A DNA stretch of 64,000 nt from an uncultured delta proteobacterium. GTDB taxonomy: Bacteria; Myxococcota_A; Polyangia; Polyangiales; Houyiibacteriaceae. Shown here one piece after another: positions 19,511-29,881 of this stretch (the first letter of the stretch is position 1; each line of letters opens with the position of its first letter). Position numbers and translations under genes: made by a program. The DNA lies in assembly GCA_963699755.1 (NCBI GenBank), contig CAVOVB010000002.1:544001-608000 (forward strand), read 5' to 3'. The notes under the pieces are model-generated. The model saw only the letters and a list, made by a program, of their open reading frames with translations, was not told where the DNA came from and ran no database searches.

Positions 19511-19956
19511 TGTCGCTCCTGCGCGTCTATAGGATGCGCGCCGACGCGGTCATTCCGCGTTACAAGACGAGCGGCGCGGCAGGGATGGACCTCGCCGCGT
19601 GCCTCGACGCCCCCCTGTTGATCGCGCCTGGCGGAACCGCCAGGGTGCCGACGGGGCTACAGATCGCCCTGCCCCCGGGACACGAGGGCCAGGTCCGACC
19701 TCGCTCGGGCCTGGCCGCACGGCACGGCGTCACCGTGCTCAACGCACCGGGAACGATTGACGAGGACTATCGCGGCGAAGTGCAGGTGCTCCTCGTCAAC
19801 CACGGAACCGACGTCTTCGCGATCCAGTCTGGCGATCGTATCGCACAGCTCATCGTGGCACCGGTCTCCCAGGTCGAAATCGTAGTCGTCGATGAAGAAA
19901 AGGCGCTCGGAGGAACCGAGCGCGGTCCGGGTGGCTTTGGCAGTACCGGGGTTTAG
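19510..19956 (+). CDS. dut: dUTP diphosphatase
   Basis: [40 protein letters not shown]. Confidence 0.97.
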   Translation: MSLLRVYRMRADAVIPRYKTSGAAGMDLAACLDAPLLIAPGGTARVPTGLQIALPPGHEGQVRPRSGLAARHGVTVLNAPGTIDEDYRGEVQVLLVNHGTDVFAIQSGDRIAQLIVAPVSQVEIVVVDEEKALGGTERGPGGFGSTGV

Positions 19957-20282
19957 AGCGCCCGATCCATCAGCTGAGCGATGGTCGTCTTGGGCGCTGC
20001 ACCAATGTGCTGCGCGACGAGCTCGCCGCCCTTGAACACCATCAGGGTCGGAACGCCACGGATGCCGTACTTCGAAGCCGTGCCGGGGCTCTCGTCGATG
20101 TCGAGATGGGTAACCTTGACCTTCCCGACGTACTCATCGGCAAGTTGATCGATGAGCGGCGCGATCTGCTTGCACGGCCCACACCAAACCGCCGAGAAGT
20201 CCACGAGCACGGGGTCATCCGATTGAAGAACCTCCGTGTCGAAGTTCAGGTCGTTTACTGCGTGTACGTTTGCGCCGGCCAT
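19953..20282 (-). CDS. trxA: thioredoxin
   Basis: [23 protein letters not shown]. Confidence 0.93.
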   Translation of the reverse strand: MAGANVHAVNDLNFDTEVLQSDDPVLVDFSAVWCGPCKQIAPLIDQLADEYVGKVKVTHLDIDESPGTASKYGIRGVPTLMVFKGGELVAQHIGAAPKTTIAQLMDRAL

Positions 20283-20434
20283 CTCAGCTCCTCTTGGGGT
20301 GACTTCAGAGGGTCTAACTAAGGACGCTCGGTCCGATTGTCAACGTGCCGCTCCTCCCGGCTACCGGGCAAACCCTCACCATGGTAGGCTTTTTCTCGTC
20401 CCCGGCAACGCTGAAGGGGGGCTCGACACGACCC

Positions 20435-21235
20435 ATGAAAGCCGGCCTTTTCATCGCTACCGCGCTGCTCTACGCGCTCGCCTGCATTCTGTACTTGCTC
20501 CTGCTGACGCGGGGCTCAGATAGGGCGCAGCGAGTTCCGGGCACGGTGTTCGTTGCTGCCCTGGGCGCGCACCTCGCCTTTCTCTTATTGGAGGCCCCCT
20601 CTGCCGGAGAATTGCCGCTGGCCGACATGTCACAGATCTTGAGCGTTGCTTCGTTCGGAATCGGAATCGCCTTCCTACTCGCGTCTTATCGTTTCGACGT
20701 CACCATTCTCGGCGCGTTCGTCGCACCATTGTCGCTCATGCTCTTTCTCGCCTCCGGGCTCGGCAGTAGCTACGCACCGGTGCATCCGAGGGTGGAATCG
20801 CTGATGCTCACCCTTCACATCGCGGCGAACGTGGTTGGCTTGGTCGCCTTCGCTCTCGCCTTTGCGGCCGCCGTTGCGTACATGGTCCAGGAAGGGCTGC
20901 TTCGACGCCGTCAGCTCAGCGGTGTCTTTCAACGACTGCCTTCGCTCGACGTGCTCGACACCATGGGACTGCGCGCAGTGCTCGTGGGTTTCCCACTTCT
21001 GACATTTGGCATGATCACCGGCACGTTCTGGCTGCTGCGCGCCGGCGGTCCCGAGTTCTACGTCAGCCAAGCGCTGGGCCTCGTGGCCTGGGCAATTTTC
21101 GCAGCTGTGATCGTGCTTCGTGTGGCCGCGGGCTGGCAGGGTCGAAAGGCTGCGCTCGGCACGATGATGGGCTTCTTGTTCACGCTTCTGGTTTTGGCCG
21201 CCTATGCGCTCCGGGCTGCAGGAGCTAGCGCCTGA
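20435..21235 (+). CDS. CcsA/HemX-like membrane protein (cytochrome c assembly family)
   Basis: about 8 TM; LTLHI, RLPSLDVLD, GFPLLT, GWQGRKAA; immediately upstream of hemA. Confidence 0.85.
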   Translation: MKAGLFIATALLYALACILYLLLLTRGSDRAQRVPGTVFVAALGAHLAFLLLEAPSAGELPLADMSQILSVASFGIGIAFLLASYRFDVTILGAFVAPLSLMLFLASGLGSSYAPVHPRVESLMLTLHIAANVVGLVAFALAFAAAVAYMVQEGLLRRRQLSGVFQRLPSLDVLDTMGLRAVLVGFPLLTFGMITGTFWLLRAGGPEFYVSQALGLVAWAIFAAVIVLRVAAGWQGRKAALGTMMGFLFTLLVLAAYALRAAGASA

Positions 21236-22599
21236 TGCGCGACTTCCTGGTCGTTGGCCTCTCTCATCGAACCGCGCCAGTCGAGGTGCGCGAGCGCCTT
21301 GCCATCGCGCCCGATCGCCTGGAGCAAGAGCTTCGGGAAATCGTTGCCGATGGCCCTTTCGACGAGGCGCTTCTCATCTCGACTTGCAATCGGGTCGAGC
21401 TCTACGCCACCAGCGCGAACCCAACCGAAGCCGCAAGACATGCCAAAGAAGCGCTTGCTGCGCGCCTTGCCGGCTCGGCCACCGAGGCCGTGTTCTATCA
21501 GGAGCGTGGAGTCGATGCGATTCGACATGTCTTCCGGGTCGCATCCAGCTTGGACTCCTTGGTCGTGGGTGAGCCGCAGATCTTGGGCCAGGTCAAAGAG
21601 GCCTTCTATGCGGCGAAAGAGGCCGGGATGATGGGCACCCTGCTCGGTCGCTGCTTCACCCAGGCCTTCGCGACGGCGAAGCGCGTCCGAAACGAGACGG
21701 GAATCGCCGAAGGGACCGTCAGCGTCAGCTCGATTGCTTGTGAGCTAGCCAAGAAGATCTTCGGTAACCTGGAGGGTCGCCGGACGCTCCTGCTCGGCGC
21801 GGGCGAAATGGGGGAGTCTGCAGCGCGCAGCCTCCGACAAACCGGAACCCAGCTTCACGTGGTCAACCGCAGCGAAGAACGTGCCCGCAAGCTCGCCGAA
21901 GCCTGTGGCGGGCGGGCCGTTCCTTACGAGCGGCTCAGCGTGGAGCTCGCCGACGCCGACGTCGTCATCGCATCTACGGCGAGCTCGAATTTCATCCTGA
22001 CACCGAAGCTCATGAAGGGGGTGGTTCGGACCAGGCGCCACCGACCCCTCTTCATCGTCGATATTGCCGTTCCGAGGGATGTCGACCCACGGGTTGGCAG
22101 CATGGACAACATCTTCGTCTATGACGTCGACGATCTTCAGCAGGTGGCTGAGGAGAATCTGTCGGTCCGGGCAAGGGAAGCGGCACAGGCCGAGCAGATC
22201 GTCGAGCAAGAGGTCGAATCGTTCTTGAGCTGGCGGCGGTCGCTCGAGCTCGCTCCGACGATCGTCGCGCTTCGAAAGCGCTTCGGGCAGATCGCCGAAG
22301 AAGAGCTGCAACGCGCCCTGCCTCGGCTCGATGGCGCCAGCCCGTCCGATCGAGCCGTCCTCGAGGCCATGGGGCGCTCCTTGGTGAACAAGCTGCTCCA
22401 CCAGCCACTCACCCAGCTCAAAGCTGGCACCGGCGAACCCGATGGAGCGCTCCTCATCGACGCAGTCCATCGCCTGTTCGCGCTTTCGGAAGACGAAGTT
22501 GCAGCGATGGAGCCCTCGACGGAGAACCCCAAGGAAGCCACGGTCGCACCGCTGGGCCCGGCCACGGTATCAGGCTCCTCCACAGGCGAATCGAAGTGA
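21235..22599 (+). CDS. hemA: glutamyl-tRNA reductase
   Basis: GLSHRTAPVEVRERL, STCNRVE, LDSLVVGEPQILGQ, GAGEMG, DIAVPRD. Confidence 0.97.
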   Translation: MRDFLVVGLSHRTAPVEVRERLAIAPDRLEQELREIVADGPFDEALLISTCNRVELYATSANPTEAARHAKEALAARLAGSATEAVFYQERGVDAIRHVFRVASSLDSLVVGEPQILGQVKEAFYAAKEAGMMGTLLGRCFTQAFATAKRVRNETGIAEGTVSVSSIACELAKKIFGNLEGRRTLLLGAGEMGESAARSLRQTGTQLHVVNRSEERARKLAEACGGRAVPYERLSVELADADVVIASTASSNFILTPKLMKGVVRTRRHRPLFIVDIAVPRDVDPRVGSMDNIFVYDVDDLQQVAEENLSVRAREAAQAEQIVEQEVESFLSWRRSLELAPTIVALRKRFGQIAEEELQRALPRLDGASPSDRAVLEAMGRSLVNKLLHQPLTQLKAGTGEPDGALLIDAVHRLFALSEDEVAAMEPSTENPKEATVAPLGPATVSGSSTGESK

Positions 22600-23576
22600 A
22601 ACTACGCATCGCAACGCGCGCAAGCAATCTCGCCCTCGTTCAAACGCGCTGGGTCGGCGCGCAACTGCAGAGCCACTTCTCTGCGCTCAGCGTCGAAGAA
22701 GTCCACGTCAAGACCACCGGCGACCGCATTCAAGATCGGCCGCTCGCCCTCCTCGGGGGCAAGGGGCTCTTCGTGAGCGAAGTCGAAGCGGTGGTCGTGC
22801 GGGGTGAAGCCGATTTCGCAGTTCACTCCCTGAAGGACGTGCCCGGCGACATACCCCTGGCCCAAGGGATGGGCATCCTGAGCGTCCCCGTCCGAGAAGA
22901 TCCGCGCGACGTTCTGGTCACGGTCGACGGGACCGATTTGGCCTCTTTGAAGCGAGGCGCGAAAGTCGGCACGACCTCGCGCCGTCGTATGGTGCAGTTA
23001 CAGCGACAACGCCCCGACCTGAGCTTCGTCCCCCTGCGCGGCAACATCGAAACGCGGGTCCGCAAGCTTCACGAGGGGCAGTGCGACGCGATCGTCCTGG
23101 CCGCCGCCGGCCTCGCTCGCACGGGCGTGCTCGCCAGAACCCCTCATGTCGTTCTACCCCCTGAAATCTGCCTTCCCGCGGTGGGTCAGGGAGCCCTCGC
23201 GATCGAAGGCGCGCTCAGCAACGCGACGCTTTGCGCGCAGCTAAGGGCGATCGAGGACCCGACGTCCCGCATTCAGATCACCGCGGAGCGCGCGATGCTG
23301 CAGAAGCTCGAAGGCAACTGCCACTCGTCGATTGCGGGCCACGCGAGCGCGGCCGACGGGAGGCTCAAGCTCGACGCGATGGTGGCCTCCTACGACGGCG
23401 ACCAAATGCTCTCGGCAACCTCCGATCACTATCTCGACCTCGGGTCACCGGATGCGGTCGAGCGGGCGCATCAGCTGGGCGAAGAGGTCGCCGACCATCT
23501 TCTGTCCCAAGGCGCCCGCGACTTGATCAGGCAAGCCGAGCTCGCGGCCGTGCGAAATCAGTTGACCAGCAACTGA
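22596..23576 (+). CDS. hemC: hydroxymethylbilane synthase
   Basis: IATRASNLAL, GGKGLF, AVHSLKD, RGNIETR, PAVGQGAL, LEGNC. Confidence 0.96.
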   Translation: MKLRIATRASNLALVQTRWVGAQLQSHFSALSVEEVHVKTTGDRIQDRPLALLGGKGLFVSEVEAVVVRGEADFAVHSLKDVPGDIPLAQGMGILSVPVREDPRDVLVTVDGTDLASLKRGAKVGTTSRRRMVQLQRQRPDLSFVPLRGNIETRVRKLHEGQCDAIVLAAAGLARTGVLARTPHVVLPPEICLPAVGQGALAIEGALSNATLCAQLRAIEDPTSRIQITAERAMLQKLEGNCHSSIAGHASAADGRLKLDAMVASYDGDQMLSATSDHYLDLGSPDAVERAHQLGEEVADHLLSQGARDLIRQAELAAVRNQLTSN

Positions 23577-23947
23577 GGCACGGCGTATCGGCTCGAGCCC
23601 AGAATGCGACGCACGCCGCCGACGGACTCCTGGAGCCATTCATCTCCGCCTCCTCGGCCCACACTGGCCACGTATACCGTCTCGCCGTCGAGCGACACCG
23701 TACGCACGTCGATGCTCTGTCCTTCGAGCGCACCGGGCAGTCGACCATTGAACGATGGTGAGCCCAACAGAGGCGCGACGGCACCGAGGGCCTCGCAGAT
23801 CGAGCGCTCTCCTGCGCCTGCGACCAGCAAGCCGTTGTCGATCGCGACGACGACCGCATCGAGCTCGCCCTTCGCACGGGCGCTCTCGAGCTGAAGGCAG
23901 AGTGCCTTGTATGGATCCTGACTTCGACGTATGCGGCGTTCGTACAT
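23558..23947 (-). CDS. hypothetical protein, roadblock/LC7-like
   Basis: LDAVVVAIDNGLLVAG, EALGAVAP, GVRRIL pattern; GGGGAG SD. Confidence 0.6.
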   Translation of the reverse strand: MYERRIRRSQDPYKALCLQLESARAKGELDAVVVAIDNGLLVAGAGERSICEALGAVAPLLGSPSFNGRLPGALEGQSIDVRTVSLDGETVYVASVGRGGGDEWLQESVGGVRRILGSSRYAVPQLLVN

Positions 23948-24074
23948 GGAAACTCCCCGAGGTGTGTAGGTGTATGTAGACTATTATCCTACGGTCTCGG
24001 GGGCAAGAATCCGAGAAAATTGAAGAATTCCAATGAATCGACACCAGATACAGGACTGCTAGAGTCGCGGTGTA

Positions 24075-25217
24075 ATGAGTCTCGCGGACGTGCTCGGCAG
24101 TCACCGAGTGGTGGTGACCGTCGGCAGCGGCGGAGTCGGTAAGACCACAACGGCCGCAGCAATGGCTGTTCACGCCGCCATGGAAGGTCGCAAAGTCCTT
24201 TGTCTCACCATCGACCCGGCCCGGCGCCTCGCCAACAGCCTCGGTCTCGACGAGATGACGACGAGCGAGCAGGACGTGCCCTGCTCCCTCTTCGAGAGCA
24301 ATGGCCTTCAGTGTAAGGGGTCGCTCTCGGCCATGATGCTCGACACGAAGCGCACCTTCGATGATCTCGTAGTCCGGTACGCGTCGGACCCCGAAGCACG
24401 CGATCGCATCTTGAACAACCAGATCTACAAGTACGTCGCGAGCTCTCTGGCGGGCACGCAGGAGTACATGGCGATGGAGAAGCTCCACGAAGTGCGTAAG
24501 GACCCAACATGGGATCTGGTCGTGCTCGATACGCCACCGACCGCGAGCGCATTGGATTTCCTCACGGCACCAGAGCGCCTGATCGACGCGATCGACTCGC
24601 CCGCGATGCGCTGGTTTTTGCAGGTCTTCGAAGGCGCGGGCAAGGAAGCTTTCGGCCTCGTCGGGCGCGGTGCGACGGTCCTGCTCAGGGGCATCGGCAA
24701 GATCACGGGCATCGAGTTCTTGCAGCAGGTCGCAGAGTTCGTAGGCGGGATCAACGACCTCTTCGGGGGCTTCAAGGAGCGTGCAGAACAGGTTTCGGAC
24801 GCTCTTCGAAGCCCCGAAGTCGCGTTCGTCCTGGTGACCAGCCCCGACCCCCTCGCCATCGGCGAGGCCCGATTCTTCAGCGAAAAATTGGAGGAAGCAC
24901 GCATGAATCGTGAGGCGATCATCGTCAATCAGGTCCATACGCTGCTCCCCGAGCCCACCATCTCGACCGACGCACAACTGAGGGAGCTCCGAGACGTTCT
25001 GCCTCAATCGATCGATGCGGCCGACATCCATCCGCGGCTCCGCCAAGCCTTGAACGACGAGCGAGGCTGGGCAATCGCCGACCGCGCCGAAGTCGAACGA
25101 TTGGACGAGCAAGTCGGCTCAGACACCCGCATTGTGGAAGTACCTGCATTCGACCAAGATGTTCACGACCTCGCAGCCCTAGCCAAAGTGGCTTCGTTCC
25201 TGACCATGGCGACCTGA
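24075..25217 (+). CDS. ArsA/Get3-family ATPase
   Basis: GSGGVGKTT, LTIDPARRLANSLG, GTQEYMAMEKL, DTPPT. Confidence 0.92.
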   Translation: MSLADVLGSHRVVVTVGSGGVGKTTTAAAMAVHAAMEGRKVLCLTIDPARRLANSLGLDEMTTSEQDVPCSLFESNGLQCKGSLSAMMLDTKRTFDDLVVRYASDPEARDRILNNQIYKYVASSLAGTQEYMAMEKLHEVRKDPTWDLVVLDTPPTASALDFLTAPERLIDAIDSPAMRWFLQVFEGAGKEAFGLVGRGATVLLRGIGKITGIEFLQQVAEFVGGINDLFGGFKERAEQVSDALRSPEVAFVLVTSPDPLAIGEARFFSEKLEEARMNREAIIVNQVHTLLPEPTISTDAQLRELRDVLPQSIDAADIHPRLRQALNDERGWAIADRAEVERLDEQVGSDTRIVEVPAFDQDVHDLAALAKVASFLTMAT

Positions 25218-25226
25218 GCCGAAATC

Positions 25227-26642
25227 ATGCCGATCGATTCATCAGACAACTGGATCGCCATCATCCTCGCGGCCGGCGAAGGCACGCGCATGAAGAGCAA
25301 GCGTCCCAAGGTCTTGCACGAAATCGCCGGACAGGCGTTGGTATGCTGGGTGATTCAGGCTGCTATCGACGCAGGCGCCTCTCGCTGCCTGGTGGTCGTA
25401 GGGCACGGTCGGGACGACGTGGAGCGGGAGCTCGCGACGCGGTTCGGCGAGCGCGTGGAGATGGTCCTCCAGCCCGAGCAGCGGGGCACCGGAGACGCCG
25501 TGCGCTGCGCGATCGAAACAGGCAGCGCGCTCGAAGGACAGTTACTCGTGCTCTACGGCGACTGTCCCCTGATCCCGGCGGCGCTGCTCCGGAATCTCAT
25601 CGAGAAATCCAGACGCGCTCAGGCGGACCTAGGGCTGGTGACCGCCACGCTGAGCGATCCGAGCGGCTATGGCCGGATTGTGCGCAACGCGGTCGGCCGT
25701 GTGCAGCGAATCGTCGAAGACTCTGACTGTACCGCAGAGGAGCAGCGCATCCAGGAGGTGAATCCCGGGATCTACGCGATCGACGCCGACTTTTTGAGGC
25801 AAGCGATTGCACAAGTAAAACCTGACAACGCCCAAGCTCAGCTCTACCTGACCGACATCGTGGAGCTGGCAGCACGACAGGGCGAAGTCGAAGATCTGGA
25901 AGGTGACATGACGGAGCTAGCGGGCGTCAACGATCAAAGAGACCTTGCCCTTGCGGCGGCAACACGCCGTAGGGGCATTGCGGAAGACCTGGCCCGGAGT
26001 GGCGTCGTCATCACCGATCTCGACACCGTGTACATCGACACGGAATGCGAGATCGAACCGGGCGCGCGCATCGGAGCAAACGTCCACCTTCGCGGCCGCT
26101 GCGTCGTGCGAGCGGGCGCTCAGATCGACGTGGGTTCTGTCCTGACCAATGTCTTCGTCGACAAAGACGCCAAGGTTCTGCCGTATACGGTGGCCACCGA
26201 CTCGACGATCGGCGAGGCCGCCCAGGTTGGCCCCTTCAGCCACCTGCGACCGGAGAGCAGACTTGGACCGCGGAGCAAAGTGGGGAACTTCTCGGAGACG
26301 AAGAAGACCACGCTGGGTATGGGCTCGAAAGTCAACCACCTTTCCTACGTGGGGAACGGCGAGATCGGCGAAGGCGTGAACATCGGTGCGGGCACGATCT
26401 TCTGTAACTACGACGGCGAGAGGAAGCACACCACCGTGCTCGAAGATGGGGTCTTCATCGGCAGCGACACGCAGCTCATCGCGCCAGTCACGGTCGCCAA
26501 GGGCGCATACGTCGCCAGCGGCACCACGGTCACGCGAGACGTTCCCGCCGATGCGCTGGCGATGTCGCGAACCAAGCAGGAAAACAAAGAAGGCTACGCC
26601 GCTCGGCTCCGCGCGCGCCTTCGTGGCGCGCAGAAGCCCTGA
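25227..26642 (+). CDS. glmU: bifunctional UDP-GlcNAc pyrophosphorylase / glucosamine-1-P acetyltransferase
   Basis: ILAAGEGTRMKS, YGRIVR, YLTD, GPFSHLRP, HLSYVG, NYDG. Confidence 0.97.
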   Translation: MPIDSSDNWIAIILAAGEGTRMKSKRPKVLHEIAGQALVCWVIQAAIDAGASRCLVVVGHGRDDVERELATRFGERVEMVLQPEQRGTGDAVRCAIETGSALEGQLLVLYGDCPLIPAALLRNLIEKSRRAQADLGLVTATLSDPSGYGRIVRNAVGRVQRIVEDSDCTAEEQRIQEVNPGIYAIDADFLRQAIAQVKPDNAQAQLYLTDIVELAARQGEVEDLEGDMTELAGVNDQRDLALAAATRRRGIAEDLARSGVVITDLDTVYIDTECEIEPGARIGANVHLRGRCVVRAGAQIDVGSVLTNVFVDKDAKVLPYTVATDSTIGEAAQVGPFSHLRPESRLGPRSKVGNFSETKKTTLGMGSKVNHLSYVGNGEIGEGVNIGAGTIFCNYDGERKHTTVLEDGVFIGSDTQLIAPVTVAKGAYVASGTTVTRDVPADALAMSRTKQENKEGYAARLRARLRGAQKP

Positions 26643-26663
26643 GTCGCCTCGACCAGCGCTTGC

Positions 26664-27461
26664 TCAGAACGAGATCTTGAGGTTGGCGCCGCCCGGGGCG
26701 ACGCTGAAGTCGAAGTCGGCTCCCTCTTCGCTGCGCTCGTAGTACTTGCTGGAGCAGGCAATGCCTCGATAGGCCTCGTAGGCCGCGACTGAGCTCCGGG
26801 GAGCGGATGCGGTCTGAATCCCCATCAGGAGAGGCGGAGCGACGTAAAGACCTGCCGTGAGGCCCCGACTCGCGCCCGTCCATGAGGTCGCCTTGATGGT
26901 GCCACCGACGACGCCATAGATCAGCGATGCACCCACACCCATTGCGCCGCCCATGAGTTCCTGGACTCCCGACGCCTTCCGCAAGGTCTCCGTCGCATAC
27001 TGCAACTTGGCGCGCCTTGCTTCTTCAGTCCCGTCGTCCATGCGACGGATGCGCTTGGCGCCCCAGACGTCGGGCGCGGGGATGATCGCGTGCATGAGCC
27101 CGAAGAAATAGGCTCCGCCAGCCAGATAGGCCCAGCCGAACTTGTCCGGGTTGTTCTTGTCGCGGGCGGCGTTGACCGCGGCATAGGTCATGCCGCCGCC
27201 CCCAGCCAGCCACAGGCTCATCCAGACGTACCGCCAGCGGGTTGCCTGAGGCTTGCCGTCCGCCATTTTGTCTTCGATGTAGCGGATGCGGTAGCGCACC
27301 TCGTCATCGCTGAGCTCGTCGATGCAACTGAACGCGTCCTGGGCATTGGCTGTCCGCGGAGGGGCCAGGATGGAGAACAAAGCGGAGAAAGCGAGCGCGC
27401 AGGTGAGGACCCTTACCGCGCGTGGAATTGCATGATTCTGGATTCGATGATGTTCAGCCAC
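26664..27461 (-). CDS. hypothetical exported/membrane protein (start uncertain)
   Basis: signal-like ..TANA|QD; several Gly-rich hydrophobic helices; C-terminal beta-hairpin-like segment ending in Phe. Confidence 0.65.
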   Translation of the reverse strand: MAEHHRIQNHAIPRAVRVLTCALAFSALFSILAPPRTANAQDAFSCIDELSDDEVRYRIRYIEDKMADGKPQATRWRYVWMSLWLAGGGGMTYAAVNAARDKNNPDKFGWAYLAGGAYFFGLMHAIIPAPDVWGAKRIRRMDDGTEEARRAKLQYATETLRKASGVQELMGGAMGVGASLIYGVVGGTIKATSWTGASRGLTAGLYVAPPLLMGIQTASAPRSSVAAYEAYRGIACSSKYYERSEEGADFDFSVAPGGANLKISF

Positions 27462-27674
27462 AACCTACCCCTGTTCGCCAGGTGGGCGGGATAGTACGCA
27501 AAACCCAAGCAGACTGCGATAGTGATTCGCATCGCGAGCTACTTTTTCTCGGACGGGATTCGCCCGCCGATTGTAGGGATCCAGCCTGACTAGACGCTCA
27601 CCGGGCGTCCTGTACGGGCCGTCCAGCGGCGCTCGCGGCCTCGACGACGGAAATCCGAGGGTTATGCTGGAGAC

Positions 27675-28727
27675 GTGGATAGCCTTTTTTTCGAGGTCCT
27701 CATCACGGTGGTAGCGCTGTCGGTGCTCATCATCATTCACGAGGGCGGCCATTATTTGGCCGCGCGTGCGTTCGGGATGCGAGTCCTGCGGTACAGCATC
27801 GGGTTCGGCCCCACGCTGTTTCGATACCAGCCCAAAGGCAGCCCAACCGTCTTCCAGGTCGCGGTCATCCCGTTCCTTGCATACGTGCAGATCGCAGGGA
27901 TGAACCCGAACGAGGAAGTCGACCCCAACGACCCAGAGCTCTACCCGAACAAGAGCCTCTTTGCGCGGGTGACGACCATCGCCGCCGGGCCGATCGCCAA
28001 CTACCTCACCGCCTCGGCGATCGTCTTTGCACTCGGTGTCACCAACACATTGCCGCCGATGCAACCAGCGGAGCCGATGCAGGTGGGCCATGTGGTCCCA
28101 GACTCGCCCGCAGCACAAGCCGGCCTACGAGAGGGCGACGTCATCGTCATGGCCAACGGCGCGGCCATCCGCAACGTATCGGAGTTAATCGACGCAACCG
28201 CGCCACGCGCCGGCGAACCGACCGTTTACGTCGTCGAACGTGAGGGCGAGGTCTTGCCACCGATCACGATCACCCCGAGCGATCACGGCGGCAGGGGTCA
28301 AATCGGCGTGGGAGCCAAGATGATGCGTCTCTATGAGAACCTCGGGGCCTGGGATTCGGCGAAGTTGTCGATCGCGCTGCCCTTTCAGATGACGATGGCG
28401 CAGCTGAGCGGTCTGGCCGACATGGTCAAGCGGCGCAGCACCGAAGGCATTGGCGGGCCCGTGATGATGGGCAAGATGGTTGCCGACGCCGCGCAGGCCG
28501 GACTGCCCGCATTCCTCTGGATTTTGATGTTCATCTCCGTAGCGCTAGGGATGTTCAACCTCCTGCCCTTCCCGGCCCTCGACGGAGGGCGACTCATCTT
28601 TCTCGGCTATGAAGCGGTCACGCGCCGGCGTGCCAATGAGCGCTTCGAAATGGCCGTCCATGCCTTGGGCATCGTGGTCCTGCTGGGGGTCATGATCCTC
28701 GTGACCTATCGGGACATCTTCGGCTAG
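27675..28727 (+). CDS. rseP: RIP metalloprotease RseP (M50) with PDZ
   Basis: HEGGH, FNLLPFPALDGG, AGPIAN, SPAAQAGL. Confidence 0.93.
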   Translation: MDSLFFEVLITVVALSVLIIIHEGGHYLAARAFGMRVLRYSIGFGPTLFRYQPKGSPTVFQVAVIPFLAYVQIAGMNPNEEVDPNDPELYPNKSLFARVTTIAAGPIANYLTASAIVFALGVTNTLPPMQPAEPMQVGHVVPDSPAAQAGLREGDVIVMANGAAIRNVSELIDATAPRAGEPTVYVVEREGEVLPPITITPSDHGGRGQIGVGAKMMRLYENLGAWDSAKLSIALPFQMTMAQLSGLADMVKRRSTEGIGGPVMMGKMVADAAQAGLPAFLWILMFISVALGMFNLLPFPALDGGRLIFLGYEAVTRRRANERFEMAVHALGIVVLLGVMILVTYRDIFG

Positions 28728-28765
28728 GCGCTTGCCGCAGCAGGCGGAACGAGTAGCTTTCCCCG

Positions 28766-29881
28766 ATGCATCCCGATGTGATCGTAGTCGGTGGCGGGTT
28801 GATGGGTTGCAGCGTCGCCTACCGACTCGCCAAGGACGATGCCCGAGTCTTGGTGCTCGAGCGAAGCATTCCTGGCGCGGAGGCCTCATCTGCGGCCGCG
28901 GGGATTCTCGGACCCACGATGGAATCGTTCGAGGACGCCTTGGCACTGCAGCTCGGCCGCAGGAGCCGGGAGCTCCATGCTGAGCTCGCCGACGAGCTCG
29001 ATGAGCTGTTCGGCGTCGACGTCGGCTTCCGGCGCTGCGGAGCCGTCAAGATGGCCTTCGACGAAGAGGAGCTCGCAGCCCTGCACGCCCAAGCCTCGAG
29101 TCTCGAGCTTCACGGGATTCGCTGTGATCGTTGGAGCCCCGAGGAGCTCATCCAGGAAGAGCCGGCCGCCAACCCGGAGGCCCTCGGGGCACTGAATGTT
29201 TCCGAAGACGCTCAAGTCGAGCCCAAGAAGTTGCTTTCGGCGGTCGCCCTAGGTGCCGAGCGCGATGGCGTCACATTCCGAAGCGGCTCGACGGTCCGCT
29301 TGGTCCATGTCGAAAGCGGGCGCGTGCGAGGGGTGCAGCTTGGTGACGAAGTGATTGAAACGGACCGACTGGTGGTCGCAGCGGGTAGTTGGACGACGTT
29401 GATCCCCGGGCTGCCCTTCAATTCGGAGACGATCTTTCCGGTACGCGGGCAGATGATCGCGACTGAGACGCGGCCACCGATCTTCCGCCGGGTCGTTTTT
29501 GGTGCCGGCGGTTATGTCGTCACTCGACCCGATGGCCGCGTCCTCTGTGGCTCGACGATGGAGCGGGTCGGATTCCAACGTGGGATCACCTTCGGCGGAA
29601 TGGCCGACGTGATCAGCAAGGCGACACGAATCGCTCCTGGGCTGCGAACGGCAACGATCCAAGAGCATTGGTCGAGCTTTCGGCCGGGCACGCCAGATGG
29701 GCTGCCTCTGGTGGGTGAAACCGGGATCAAAGGCCTGTTTCTGGCCAGCGGGCACTATCGCAATGGAATCTTGCTCGCTCCATTGACCGCGGAGCTCATC
29801 GCCGAGGCGATGGCGGGCAAGCCGGTCTCGAGGGAGGCCCAGGTGCTGTCACCGGGCCGTTTCGAGGAGCTCCGGGGATGA
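28766..29881 (+). CDS. thiO: glycine oxidase ThiO (FAD-dependent)
   Basis: VVGGGLMG, EASSAAAGIL, PVRGQM, RPGTPD, GHYRNGILLAP. Confidence 0.88.
   Translation: MHPDVIVVGGGLMGCSVAYRLAKDDARVLVLERSIPGAEASSAAAGILGPTMESFEDALALQLGRRSRELHAELADELDELFGVDVGFRRCGAVKMAFDEEELAALHAQASSLELHGIRCDRWSPEELIQEEPAANPEALGALNVSEDAQVEPKKLLSAVALGAERDGVTFRSGSTVRLVHVESGRVRGVQLGDEVIETDRLVVAAGSWTTLIPGLPFNSETIFPVRGQMIATETRPPIFRRVVFGAGGYVVTRPDGRVLCGSTMERVGFQRGITFGGMADVISKATRIAPGLRTATIQEHWSSFRPGTPDGLPLVGETGIKGLFLASGHYRNGILLAPLTAELIAEAMAGKPVSREAQVLSPGRFEELRG

Noticed and set aside
20435..21235. Calling this gene a true cytochrome c synthase (ccsA)
   Set aside because: The WxWD heme-handling motif is absent; position before hemA fits the HemX-like subgroup
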